Below are positions 52,630 through 64,000 of a DNA stretch of 64,000 nucleotides, one piece after another. The position numbers and the translations under genes were made by a program. Position 1 is the stretch's first letter, and every line of letters begins with the position of its first letter. A model generated the notes under the pieces. It was not told the DNA's origin and searched no databases. It was given only the letters and a program-made list of their open reading frames with translations. The DNA lies in the NCBI GenBank assembly GCA_964016885.1, contig OZ024756.1, positions 15,996,001 to 16,060,000 on the forward strand. Reading direction: 5' to 3'. The DNA is from Eledone cirrhosa. Taxonomy: Eukaryota.

Positions 52630-54090
52630 GTTAGAATTTTTATTGGTAGTATATAAACAGGGTAGATATAAGAATAGACATACCATACAGATATAGTGGA
52701 AGGAGTGTTCTAGGATCAACTGCCCCGACTATCGTTTGATGATTAGGTAGACGAAGAAGCAGAAAAGGAACAGGAAGGAGAAAAGAAGAGGCAGACTAAA
52801 AGGGGTAGAAGAAGAAGAGGGATGGGAAGAGGTGGAAGAAGAAAAGAAAGAGAGGTAATAAGATCATAAAAGTGTTGAGCGCATTGTGCTAGAGGTAACA
52901 AATCTGAGAGAAGTCTTGAGGGATGGTAAAGCTGATTTTACATGGTGTTCTAATTCAGATATAGGGAAATTACTTGGCTATTGTGGATTAATTTATAAGT
53001 TACTGTATTGCTAACTTGAGAAAGCAAAGTTCGATAAATAATATTTAATAAAAAACCCAATTTAGAAGGCATGCCTTGTTTCTTAATTGAGGTTATATGT
53101 GTATACATAAATACATATATAGTAAGAAAAAAATTTATCTTTCAAATCCAATGTTGATTTAGGATTGGTAATCAAGTTTGGATTGTGGAAGAAGTTTGTG
53201 CTAATTATATAGGTTTTGGGGGTTAATTCTTAAGTCATATAAGAGATGAATTGTAATTTAAACATGGGAAAATATTGAGTGATATAACATTTTCAGGGCT
53301 AAAATTATCTCAGGTTAGGTGGTTTTAATATATGGTAATTTAAGTTGTATTTAAATATCAATATTGCTTTTGAATATTTATTAGGGTTTAGATAGAAGAA
53401 TATGATTTTTATTAAGTCACTTTGGTTAGTTAGATTGTAAGTTATTTTGATTAGTTTAGGAGTTTATAGCGTTATTGAAATGAGGAAATACTATATCCAC
53501 TTTTGAAGGATCAGATTAATGTTGATTTAATTAATTACTGACATTCATTTATTCGATAGGTAGATTATTTGGGTAAGAATATATTATTTCCAGTTATGTC
53601 TCACTTGGTTGAAGAAACTAGTTCTGACCACAGGGATTTCAAGTATTAGGTTTGTTTATAGTATTTAAAGGTTTTTCAGGATTTTATGATTACATGAAAT
53701 AATTAATTCCTGCTTTATATTTAGTAACTTATCTTTGGATTTCATTATTTGGAACAGTTCCTTAAAACATAATGAGCACTCCCTTCTTTCACTTTGATAT
53801 ACTATATTGCTAATCAAGCAATTGCCATTAAGAGGGCAGTTGGTTTTAATTCTACAATTGCATCTACTTGTTTGAGATGTGTTATGTAAACTAAGATTAC
53901 TATTTATGCTATTACTAATATTTTTGTTACTATCATTAATGTTATCACTGGTTGTATTGGTGTTTATTTCATTGGTAATGCAACTACTTGAGGATGGTAT
54001 TATGGATAGAGAATTGTTAGATATTAGGTTTGTTTGCATTAGATTAGTTTGTGTTGGGCTAGTTGCAGGTGTATTTTCAATGATATGACC
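52630..54090 (-). mobile_element. Degenerate Penelope-like remnants
   Basis: RCNCRIKTNCPLNGNCLISNIVYQ..CSLCFKE..LLNIKQELIISCNH is typical of the Penelope Cys linker/GIY-YIG region; adjacent hammerhead. Confidence 0.6.
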
Positions 54091-54361
54091 AGCCTGATGA
54101 TTGCTGGATACTTCATTTAGTTGACCTAAGTTAGCAGGTATTTTGCAGGTTGTAGGTGTGTAGTTTCCATAGGCGGTATGCCAAAATTAGCACTCAATAT
54201 TCATCATAGTAGAGTGTATAAATTATCAAGAAAACGAAAAATCAGTGATGCATCTGGACTTGGTTTATTTCGTGTTACAAATGTTTCGCCAGCATGTAGC
54301 TCGAGTCATGGTCCTTGTATGGATCTGGCTGATTCTACTTCTATATATTTATATATATATA

Positions 54362-54750
54362 TATAGACACTTTCTGTTACCTGGGTGACAAAATCAGCAG
54401 TAGAGGAAGGTGTTCTGAAAGTACAGTAGCCAGAGTCAGAACGGGATGGAAAAAGTTCAGAGAGCTTATACTGCTGTTGGCTACAAAAGGTTTCTCTCTA
54501 AAAATGAAAGGCAGATTGTATGATGTCTGTATACGAACAGCAATGTTACATACATGGCAGTGAGACCTGGGCATTGTGTGCAGAGGACCTGCGCTGACTG
54601 GAGAGGAACGAAGCATGCATGCTCCATTGGTTGTGTAATAGTAATATACACAAACGGCAAAACATAAATGAACTAAGTGAGAAATTAGGAATAAGAGGGA
54701 TCAGATGCTGTTTACTTGAGAGAAGACTACGTTGGTACGGTCACGTGCTG
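54362..54750 (+). mobile_element. RTE LINE fragment (family A)
   Basis: Near-identical to 7292-7675. Confidence 0.9.
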
Positions 54751-54752
54751 GA

Positions 54753-56180
54753 CATGGTAGTAATTGTGGCGGTGATGGTGATAGTGGAAATGATGTTGGT
54801 GGTGGTGATGATCATGATGGTAATGATGGTGGTGGGGATGATGATGATGGTGGTGGTAATGATAGTAATTGTGGTGGTAATAGTGTTGATGATGATGGTG
54901 GTGGTAATAGTGTTGATGATGATGATGATGATGGTGGTGGTAATGGTAGTAATTGTGGTGGTAATAGTGTTGATGATGATGATGGTGGTGGTAATAGTGT
55001 TGATGATGATGATGATGGTGGTGGTAATGGTAGTAATTGTGGTGGTAATAGTGTTGATGATGATGATGATGGTGGTAATGGTAGTAATTGTGGTGGTAAT
55101 AGTGTTGATGATGATGATGGTGGTGGTAATGGTAGTAATTGTGGTGGTAATAGTGTTGATGATGATGGTGGTGGTGGTAATGGTAGTAATTGTGGTGGTA
55201 ATAGTGTTGATGATGATGGTGATGATGGTGGTGGTAATGGTAGTAATTGTGGTAGTAATAGTGTTGATGATGATGATGGTGGTGGTAATAGTGTTGATGA
55301 TGATGATGATGGTGGTGGTAATGGTAGTAATTGTGGTGGTAATAGTGTTGATGATGGTGGTGGTAATGGTAGTAATTGTGGTGGTAATAGTGTTGATGAT
55401 GATGATGGTGGTGGTAATGGTAGTAATTGTGGTGGTAATAGTGTTGATGATGATGGTGGTGGTGGTAATGGTAGTAATTGTGGTGGTAATAGTGTTGATG
55501 ATGATGGTGATGATGGTGGTGGTAATGGTAGTAATTGTGGTGGTAATAGTGTTGATGATGATGGTGGTGGTGGTAATGGTAGTAATTGTGGTGGTAATAG
55601 TGTTGATGATGATGGTGGTGGTGGTAATGGTAGTAATTGTGGTGGTAATAGTGTTGATGATGATGGTGGTGGTGGTAATGGTAGTAATTGTGGTGGTAAT
55701 AGTGTTGATGATGATGGTGATGATGGTGGTGGTAATGGTAGTAATTGTGGTGGTAATAGTGTTGATGATGATGGTGATGATGGTGGTGGTAATGGTAGTA
55801 ATTGTGGTGGTAATAGTGTTGATGATGGTGGTGGTAATGGTAGTAATTGTGGTGGTAATAGTGTTGATGATGATGGTGGTGGTGGTAATGGTAGTAATTG
55901 TGGTGGTAATAGTGTTGATGATGATGGTGATGGTAATGGTAGTAATTGTGGTGGTAATAGTGTTGATGATGATGGTGATGATGGTGGTGGTAATGGTAGT
56001 AATTGTGGTGGTAATAGTGTTGATGATGATGGTGGTGGTGGTAATAGTGTTGATGATGATGGTGATGATGATGGTGGTAATGGTAGTAATTGTGGTGGTA
56101 ATAGTGTTGATGATGATGATGGTGGTGGTAATGGTAGTAATTGTGGTGGTAATAGTGTTGATGATGATGGTGGTGGTGGG
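54753..56180. repeat. ~1.4-kb GAT/GGT trinucleotide-based minisatellite
   Basis: Unit of about 50-60 bp, ggtaatggtagtaattgtggtggtaatagtgtt(gat)n(ggt)n. Confidence 0.95.
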
Positions 56181-56236
56181 TTGCTGACTGAGTGTTTTTC
56201 TCTTTTTCTAATTCAGGTTTCATAAAAGCTCACAAA

Positions 56237-56295
56237 ATGCCAGCCGACCAGATTTCTTATTCTGAGAGATATTATGATGATATATATGAATACAG
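56237..56295 (+). CDS. CKS1: Cyclin-dependent kinases regulatory subunit (CKS1/CKS2), first coding exon
   Basis: ATG..MPADQISYSERYYDDIYEY(R); 59 coding nt ending AG|gtagg; exon begins at 56217 after ttctaattcag; branch point gctgac at 56183. Confidence 0.92.
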
Positions 56296-57270
56296 GTAGG
56301 ATAACTACAATTCGTCTGTGTGTGTATGTGTATCCCTGAACTCTCGGTTTAAATCCTTCCTGGTTCAAATCCAGGGGCAGTGAATTGACAGATATTGGAT
56401 TGGTCAAGCTGTTTTGTGATGTCTGTTCTGGTTCAGATGCATCTGCGCAATTGATGTGGTGGTGTTCATGGCTTTCTCAGTTTTATTAATACTACAAAGG
56501 AGTCGACATTGGCTTTTAGTCTTCTGGAGCTTTCATAAAATTTAGGTTGACATTGTTTCTCATCTATCTAGGGTCTATTTGAACTTACAACCAGCTGATC
56601 TGCAGCGACGTTCTTCATCTGTTAGGCCTGACAATTAAATATATAGATGTGTCTACATGTGTGTGTTGAGTTCAATTCCTATCACTGGAAATGCGAGGAC
56701 ACTTCTACAAGGAATTACAACCAACACTCAGTTTACCTTTCTTTCAAACGGCTGGCTTCCATCTTCTGCGAAGTAATTAACCAAAAACATGGGATCAGGA
56801 ACATTCTGAAATACCATTTGAAATATAGTCAAAACATTTCATTGTCTTCTGTGAATAGAAATAAATACATCCTAGCATGTTGTAAGAAGGGGCTAAAAGG
56901 GTTGGTGCCAGGAAGAGAATACCTCTATAAAACATTTCTCCAAATAGGACCTTATCATGAATATAATGTCCATTGTGAGGCTTGTAAGGTGAATCCTTGT
57001 TTTAGCTGAGAACAGGGCTTTAAAATGCTTGTTCTTGTAGAAAAACTTTCATCATTTACTTCTGAAATATGTTTAACACCTATTAATTATTCTTGGTACT
57101 TTAAATAGGTAAACTAAAAGGCCCTTAACTCCTGATGGAGTGGTAAGAGCACCATCCCTGGCACACATCACGTCTTGGGCATCTAAAACTTGACAGAACC
57201 CATCTTTCTCCAAGGTGAAACACAGTTGAATTCTTCCAGAGAAAGAGAGAGAAAGGAAGAAAAATGGAGG

Positions 57271-57432
57271 CAGTGACGGATTGACCAGTGTGCTTAAGTA
57301 CAGGGCCCCGTTGGTCGGGGGGGGGGGGGGGCATCTTCCTGCTCCAAAATTTGTTTACCTCCTTCAGGTCCCAAGTAAGGGGCCTCATAACTTAACTAGC
57401 ACAGGGCCTCATTTGTTCTAAATCCGGCATTA
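57271..57432. mobile_element. Short hAT-like MITE
   Basis: TIR-like cagtgacggatt / aatccggcatta with imperfect 8-bp TSD aatggagg / gatggaga. Confidence 0.5.
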
Positions 57433-57637
57433 GATGGAGAAAGAATCAACCTCGTTATTTGACTGGAACTTTATCAACTGCTAAAAGGTCAAAGGTAACC
57501 TCAGCAGAATTTGAACTGAGAGCACAAAGAGCCAAAACAAATACCAAAATATTTTTAATACAATGTTTTATTAACTCAAATATAAACCACTTTAATAAAA
57601 TGTAGTTTGTTTGAAGCATTGTATATCATAATATAAT

Positions 57638-57809
57638 TGTTTCTACTGTTGGCACAAGGCCAGCAATTATCCAGTGTATTACTGGTACTTTATTTTATCG
57701 ACCCCATAAGTTAACCTCGGTGGGATTTGAACTCAGAATGGCAAGGGCCGTAACTCTATGCATCAAAGCATGGCGTCCGACCCTCTACCGATACTGCCAA
57801 TCCACCGCC
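57638..57809 (-). mobile_element. tRNA-derived SINE (Meta-like) with 20-bp TSD
   Basis: TSD attgtatatcataatataat at 57618-57637 and 57810-57829. Confidence 0.9.
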
Positions 57810-58177
57810 ATTGTATATCATAATATAATAAAGGGAGAAGTGCACGACAGTATCCTGAATATATTTTTTTTATCCCGTTAGTAAAATAAGTTGGATTACT
57901 TTGAATAAATTATGAATGATATTACATAGTTTATCTACTAAATTTCGTAGCTGTTGATTAAACATAAATATTCTTATATATAACGATTGCTTATTTTAAG
58001 ATTCACTTCTTTTAAAATTTTCAAATGTCAATACTTCCGGTTATGATATAACGGATACTATATCACACATCACTTATATAAACATTCATATATTTGTATC
58101 GTTATATCATAACGTTTATATTTCTGTCGCTAATTTTCTCCTTTTTCGTTTTCATTATATTTCACCGTAATGCAGTT

Positions 58178-58970
58178 TCATCATCATCATCATCGTTTAA
58201 CGTCCATCTTCCACGCTTGCATGGGTTTGGACGGGAGTTTTCCCACTTGAGGCAAGATTTGTTGTCCTGCTCGTATAGGGCTGTCTGGCGGGTTTTCTAC
58301 GGCTGGATGCCCTTCCTAACACCAACCACGTTTACAGTGTGGACTGGGAGGTTTTTACCGTGTTACCTACACGGCCACATTACAGCGTGGACTGTGTGTT
58401 TTTTTGTCATGACACCTACACGTCTGGTGGGTTTTCTACGGCTGGGTGCCCTTCCCAACACCAACCACATTTACAGTGTGGACTGGGAGGTTTTTACCGT
58501 GTTACCTACACAGCCACATTACAGCGTGGACTGTGTATTTTTTTGTCGTGACACCTACACGTCTGGTGGGTTTTCTACGGCTGGGTGCCCTTCCCAGCAC
58601 CAACCACATTTACAGTGTCGACTGGGAGGTTTTTACCGTGTTACCTACACAGCCACATTACAGCGTGGACTGTGTGTTTTTTTGTCGTGACACCTACACG
58701 TCTGGTGGGTTTTCTACGGCTGGGTGCCCTTCCCAACACCAACCACGTTTACAGTGTGGACTGGGAGGTTTTTACCGTGTTACCTACACAGCCACATTAC
58801 AGCGTGGACTGTGTGTTTTTTTGTCGTGACACCTACACGTCTGGTGGGTTTTCTACGGCTGGGTGCCCTTCCCAACACCAACCACGTTTACAGTGTGGAC
58901 TGGGAGGTTTTTACCGTGTTACCTACACGGCCACATTACAGCGTGGACTGTGTGTTTTTTTTGTCGTGAC
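58178..58970 (-). repeat. RTE family A 3'UTR with a 139-bp segment amplified 5 times
   Basis: gtgcccttccc recurs at 58446, 58585, 58724 and 58863; matches the 3'UTR at 11780-12037. Confidence 0.92.
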
Positions 58971-59166
58971 ATATATAATATTGTCTTTTTTAAATGTATC
59001 ATGGATTACGTTACTGATTACAGAAGACAGTGTAACACAGTCTCTCTTCAATTTCTCATTTTATTTTATTTTATTTAATGTATCATATCTACATGCATAT
59101 ATATTTACGCATAATGTCAATATGCATACTACACATGCTAGCAGAAAACCACCCGAAGTATTATAT

Positions 59167-59394
59167 AATGTGGAAAGTGATATAAGGCTAAACAATGCAA
59201 AATGGACGATAAGATGAAGGTAACAAAAAAGTAAGTTTCCTGGTAATCTTTGTTTTTTTTTGTTGTCCTTTAAGGACAAAAGAAACAACAACAGCAACAA
59301 AAACAAACAAAGATTACCAGGTAACTTACTTTTTCATTACCTTCATCTTACCTTCCATTTCCCATTGTTTCGCCTTATATCTCTTTCCACATTA
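59167..59394. repeat. Imperfect inverted repeat with ~100-bp arms (MITE-like)
   Basis: taatgtggaaagtgatataaggc...cctggtaatctttgttt / aaacaaagattaccagg...gccttatatctctttccacatta. Confidence 0.8.
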
Positions 59395-59444
59395 AGCCAC
59401 TTTAAATTTAATACAATGCTCCACCGATTCAAATATAACAATAC

Positions 59445-59859
59445 AGTAGTGAGACATGCGCAACAACTGCAGAGGATATGCGACGGCTGGAAAGAAATGA
59501 GGCAAGCATGCTCCGTTGGATGTGCGTGAACGACCCAGCATGAATGTTTTGAGAGAGAAACTGTGTCTGAGAGGGATAGAATGTAGTGTACGGGAGAGGA
59601 GACTGAGGTGGTATGGACATGTGATGCGCATGGAGGATGACCGATGGGTGAAGAAGTGTCAGGAAATGCCAGTTGAAGGAAGACGTGGTAGAGGTAGACC
59701 ACGAAAAACATGGGCGGAGGTGGTGAGAACAGACTTCAGATCGCTGAAGCTCACGGTGGAGATGACGAAGGACCGTGAGAAGTGGAGAGATGCTGTGCTG
59801 AATAAGACCCGTCCCACCCTTGCAATCAGGGAAGAGCGGACGTAAAATGATGATGATGA
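59445..59859 (+). mobile_element. RTE family B 3' fragment
   Basis: Near-identical to the reverse complement of 12447-12875; (tga)n tail. Confidence 0.9.
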
Positions 59860-59972
59860 AACCACTTCAAATTCTTCTTCCTGTCTTCTTCAGACACGTG
59901 AAAATACAATAGTAAATATAGAGTTATGTAAATGGTAAAGGGTTAAATTCTTCTTCTTCATTTCTTCTTCAG

Positions 59973-60100
59973 ACATGTGATATTACCTAGTGATATTGCA
60001 AAACTTGTACCAAAAAACCACCTGATGACTGAAACAGAATGGCGTAATCTTGGTGTGCAGCAATCACCTGGATGGATACATTATATGGTGCATTCCCCAG
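59973..60100 (+). CDS. CKS1: CKS1/CKS2 second coding exon (128 bp)
   Basis: ttcttcag|[44 protein letters not shown]|gtgag; phase-compatible with exon 1; matches the conserved CKS core. Confidence 0.96.
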
Positions 60101-60282
60101 GTGAGTTTTGGGAGTAAGGAATTTGGTTTTTTTTTGGGGTTTTTTTTTTTCAAAATATAAGACTCACTATTACACCCCCTCCCTCTCTCCCTTAGTACCA
60201 CAATTATATCTGTTCATGTGTGTATGGAGGGTGGTGTGATGAGAGGATGTTGTGTAGAAGGGGAGGAAGAAGAGAAGTAGAG

Positions 60283-62600
60283 CAAAGGTTCTCAACGGGG
60301 GGCATATGCACCCCCAGGGGGCGTTTGGGAGCAAGGTTCCATTAGGGGGGGGGGGTGGAGGGCTCTTTATTTTGGTAAGTTTTATAAGCCATATTTGTAT
60401 GTCTTTGAGACAGCCAGTGTGAATGCATTTGAATGAGCTTGCAGACAGCATAACTATAGTCTGACCGTAACTGTGAGCAGGTGTGCAGGCATGTCCGGTA
60501 ATTGAGATATTAACCAGTAATTGAGATCCTAAAAATGGAAAAACCCACAGTCAACTGGCTCAAGGATACTTTGAGCGCAGCCAGTTAGAATCTTATCTTT
60601 CCTTCACCGGCTAGGACTACATACAACACATAAGCAGGTAATACACGCATCTAGGACCACATGCAACACATAAGGAGGTAGCATACACATCTAGGACCAC
60701 ATACAACACACAGGCAGGTAATACATACATCTAGGACCACATACAACACATAATCAGGTAATACAAACATCTAGGACCACATACAACACATAATCAGGTA
60801 ATACACACATCTAGGACCACATACAACACACAGGCAGGTAATACATACATCTAGGACCACATACAATACACATTGTATCATGTGCTACGGACGACGCTAG
60901 AGCAATAGTCAGCCAACACAAGGGCTTCGTCACTCTTCTGAAGAGAGAAAATCTATCTGTATTTGCTGTTCATTGTGCCGTTCATCGACAACACTTGGCT
61001 GCAAAGAAACTCAGGAAGCCGCTAAGCAAGTCCTTGCAGGTGGCCATTGATGGCATCAATTTTATCAAACGGTATTCCTTCTATGAACAAATTTTCCGGC
61101 TACTGTGCCAAGATAATGATGAAGAATTCGTCAAGTTGCTCCTTCATACTGAGGTGAGGTGGCTTTCAAAGGGCAAGTGCTTTACTCACTTCTTTGAACT
61201 CTTCGACTCTATCATTGAGTTTCTGCGAGGACGCAACACAGAACTGTACAAGAAAACCCTCGATGTGAGGCAAGATTGCGCCTACCTCACCAACATCTTC
61301 GACAAATGCAATAGCGTCATTTTGGCTTTGCAGGGAAATAAGATCACCTTGCTTAAAGCAAGGAATGCTGTGAAAACATTCCTGGCCAAATTGAATGTCA
61401 TCAAAAGGAATCTTTGTTGACGGGAATTCTATAATTTTTCTAGTGTCGCCAATGTTCAAAACATTGTAAGCGATGACCAACTCCAAATTTATACCACTCA
61501 CTTCCGTGCACTACAAGACAACATGAGAGAACGGTTTGTCGACCTTTTGCAGATGGACATCCCAATGTGGATAGCAGATCCCTTCATAGCTAACGTCAAC
61601 GATTTCGACGTTAAATTTCAAGAAGAATTCATTGAACTCAAGCAGATGACATGATCAAAATTAGATTTCCCAAAATAGGTGAACCCCTTTTTGGGATGCA
61701 AGAGGAAATTCAGCGTTAATTTCCACACCTACATGCAGAGGCTAAGAGATTTGCTTTGCCTTTTCCAAGCTCATACTTAGTTGAGAGGAGGTTTGGTGCT
61801 GTTTCCAGACTGCACAGTAAGTCTCGCAACCACTACAATGTAATTACACATGGAGATCTCTGGCTACATCTTAGGAAAATTCAGCCTCGTGTCAACGAGT
61901 TAGCTAGACTCCATGAAACTCAAGGGTCCCATTGAAATGAGGTCAAAGTTAAAGTAAGTTAATTTATCCGAAAACTTGGATATGCTATTGTTACAAAGCA
62001 AACTAATAATTTTTTTATTTGTAGTTGCAATCTGACTGGACTGGAAACCATCTACTACAATTCACTTACTCATTTGTTGTATATATTTTACCATTTATTA
62101 ATAAATATATCCTCCAGCGTGGTCATGAAAACCCTCTTCCGGGGTCTCTAAGCTCACAAAGCAGAGGGGACATCAAGTTAGATATCAACATTTATTCTGT
62201 CCATTTCATTAAAGGGAACATTGGAAAGCTTTGAAATGATATAATTGCCACTTTCTTCCAGATAAGAGCACTCTTGGGATAGACAGAGTTGCTCTTGTAT
62301 AAATGTTCAAAATAGCTGGTATCGCCTGGTGGGAATATAACAAATTCAACTGGTCCTTATTCATAAAAAAGAACATTTATGTTCTTTTTTTTTAAATTTA
62401 TATATTTCCTTTCAAGGAATGTATTTATACTCTCAGCTGCCTGCAATGGTATCTTTGGAATATTGTTAATCAATTTTTTAGTAATCTACTGATATCAAAA
62501 TCAGTAGTATATTGAAAAATGGAAAAATAGAGTAGGGTGGCGTTTCGTGATTTTGAGGGACAAAAAGGGGCGTTTGGCCTAAATGGGTTGAGAACCTGTG
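60283..62600 (+). mobile_element. hAT transposon, Buster/Charlie group, internally deleted, in a CKS intron
   Basis: TIRs caaaggttctcaac / gttgagaacctgtg; perfect 8-bp TSD aagTAgag (60275-60282 and 62601-62608); transposase remnant HCAVHRQHL..LLLHTEVRWLSKG..FPSSYLVER..QGSH* at about 60870-61935. Confidence 0.93.
60611..60870. repeat. 40-bp tandem repeat (~6.5 copies) inside the hAT
   Basis: Unit ctaggaccacatacaacacataagcaggtaatacacacat. Confidence 0.9.
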
Positions 62601-62794
62601 AAGTAGAGTATATGGGGTTATATGTGGAAGTGGGGGGGGGGGTGAGAAGAGGAGAAGTAAGGTGTATTGTCTATAATAACCTGTCCAAACCATGCCAGCA
62701 TGGAACAGGTGGCTTTAAATAATGATATATATATATATATATATATATAGTGACGAAACATAAGTCAATTGCATGAACTCATAATCCTTTATTT

Positions 62795-62850
62795 ACTGCT
62801 ATATATATTTCGATGATAGCCATTGAATGGCTATGACCTCATCAGGCAGT
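62795..62850 (-). ncRNA. Minimal hammerhead ribozyme with intact core
   Basis: actgc-CTGATGA-ggtc atagccat tca atggctat catc-GAAA TATATA TA-gcagt; 5-bp stem I; palindromic stem III. Confidence 0.75.
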
Positions 62851-64000
62851 TAGTCAGTTCTTAGATATGCCAGCTCTGTGTTTATAGTGTTGATGGTATC
62901 AGAGCCTTGGGACATATGAGCTTGTTAGGCATAATTTAATGTTGTCAGCAGGAATAATCTTAATTCTCATTGGTCAGTTTGTAGATGCTAGTAGGGTTGG
63001 TATTTGACCTCAAAGAGGCAGGTGGTGTTGTAAAGTTCAAACCATCAGGCAGGATGACAATAGTTCCATATGACTGATTGAGGTTTATAGTATGAAATTC
63101 GATACTACAGGTCATTCTTAAATTGAGGAATTTATGTGGGGTGGTACTACTGAAAATTATGGTTAGAGTCGAATACTAGAAAGTTTACATATAAAAAGAC
63201 TTCTGTTAGTTGACTTGCACATACACTCACACCTACCCCCACAGACACACACACACATCTACACACACAAATCCATACAGGTGTGTATATATATGTATGT
63301 ACGCACAAGTGCATATATATATATACAACAGAGGCCCCCAAATCCAAGTATAAGGCAGACATAAAATTAGGTGAGTGTTATTTTTAAAGAAAAGTAAAGT
63401 GGGTGTTTGGAAAAGTTATTGTTTAGACTAGACAAAGGTAGAGTGTGATATATATCTTCACAGCAATAGCTTGGGGGCTTTGGAGCTTAGGTGAATCCCT
63501 TAGTACAGACATATATAGGTACACGCACCCACCCACACTTTTATACTTCTGGATGCGTGTGTATGTCTATATACACATGTGCACTCATACAAGAGAGCAT
63601 ATACAAATATACTCCTAAGCATACACTCGAACATTTTTCAAATGCAACCTGGGCTATTAGTATTTCGTTGCGTTCACATAAGTGTGTACATTCACGTAAT
63701 CCCAGTATACACACACAACGCACGGTTGCGGGCACTCATTCATGCGTATAGGGTTAGTGCCTCAGGATAATTCTTATATATATAAGCAAAGAGATATTTA
63801 ATTTGTTGGTTATTCAACAAATTTATTTATAACAGATTCAAAGCACTCTACAGGTTTTCTGGAGTATAATATCAATGATATTAATAAATGGAAACTATAT
63901 TTATAAAACCATATTTATTTTATTATATATATTTCAAGGGTACCAAAATTTTGGTACGCACTCATCAGATAAAATACAAAATTTGTTTTATAAATGGTGA

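Noticed and set aside
54619-56225. Asp/Gly-, His- and Met/Val-rich ~500-aa ORFs resembling biomineral proteins
   Set aside because: Several frames of one GAT/GGT repeat; the starts lie in a LINE fragment; located in the inferred CKS 5' intron
60021-60036. CTGATGACTGAAAC inside the CKS exon
   Set aside because: No stem II; explained by the codons for LMTET
62105-62370. Minus-strand GPVEFVIFPPGD, faintly like a Polinton capsid N-terminus
   Set aside because: Too short and interrupted to assign without a profile search
60101-64000. Third CKS coding exon (expected EPH.LLFRR)
   Set aside because: Not found by eye in the remaining sequence; presumably beyond the window

Overview
AT-rich animal genomic DNA, most likely an octopod cephalopod (inferred from the octopus-type CORE-SINEs, RTE LINE tails and very long TA microsatellites). 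Two host genes are supported. (1) A minus-strand, single-coding-exon nucleotide-diphospho-sugar transferase (GT77/PF03407-like, 5273-6409). (2) A plus-strand CKS1/CKS2 cyclin-dependent kinase regulatory subunit, which the ORF track misses (coding exons 56237-56295 and 59973-60100; the last exon was not found in the window). The two genes probably share a divergent promoter near 51.6-52.0 kb. The rest is mostly mobile DNA: many RTE LINE copies, a Tx1/L1-clade LINE with a 20-bp TSD, Penelope-like elements, a Buster-type hAT with TIRs and an 8-bp TSD, Tigger-like MITEs, two tRNA-derived SINE families and several large tandem arrays. The most interesting signals are: a canonical PHD finger inserted inside the RT of the RTE LINEs; an internally deleted RTE that keeps a 334-aa PHD ORF with no RT; about 12 hammerhead-ribozyme-like motifs, some inside long palindromes, whose strand preference flips at the promoter; a degenerate HDV-like ribozyme; and a 48-bp double-hairpin satellite fused to a truncated RT. 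All calls were made by eye and no searches were run.
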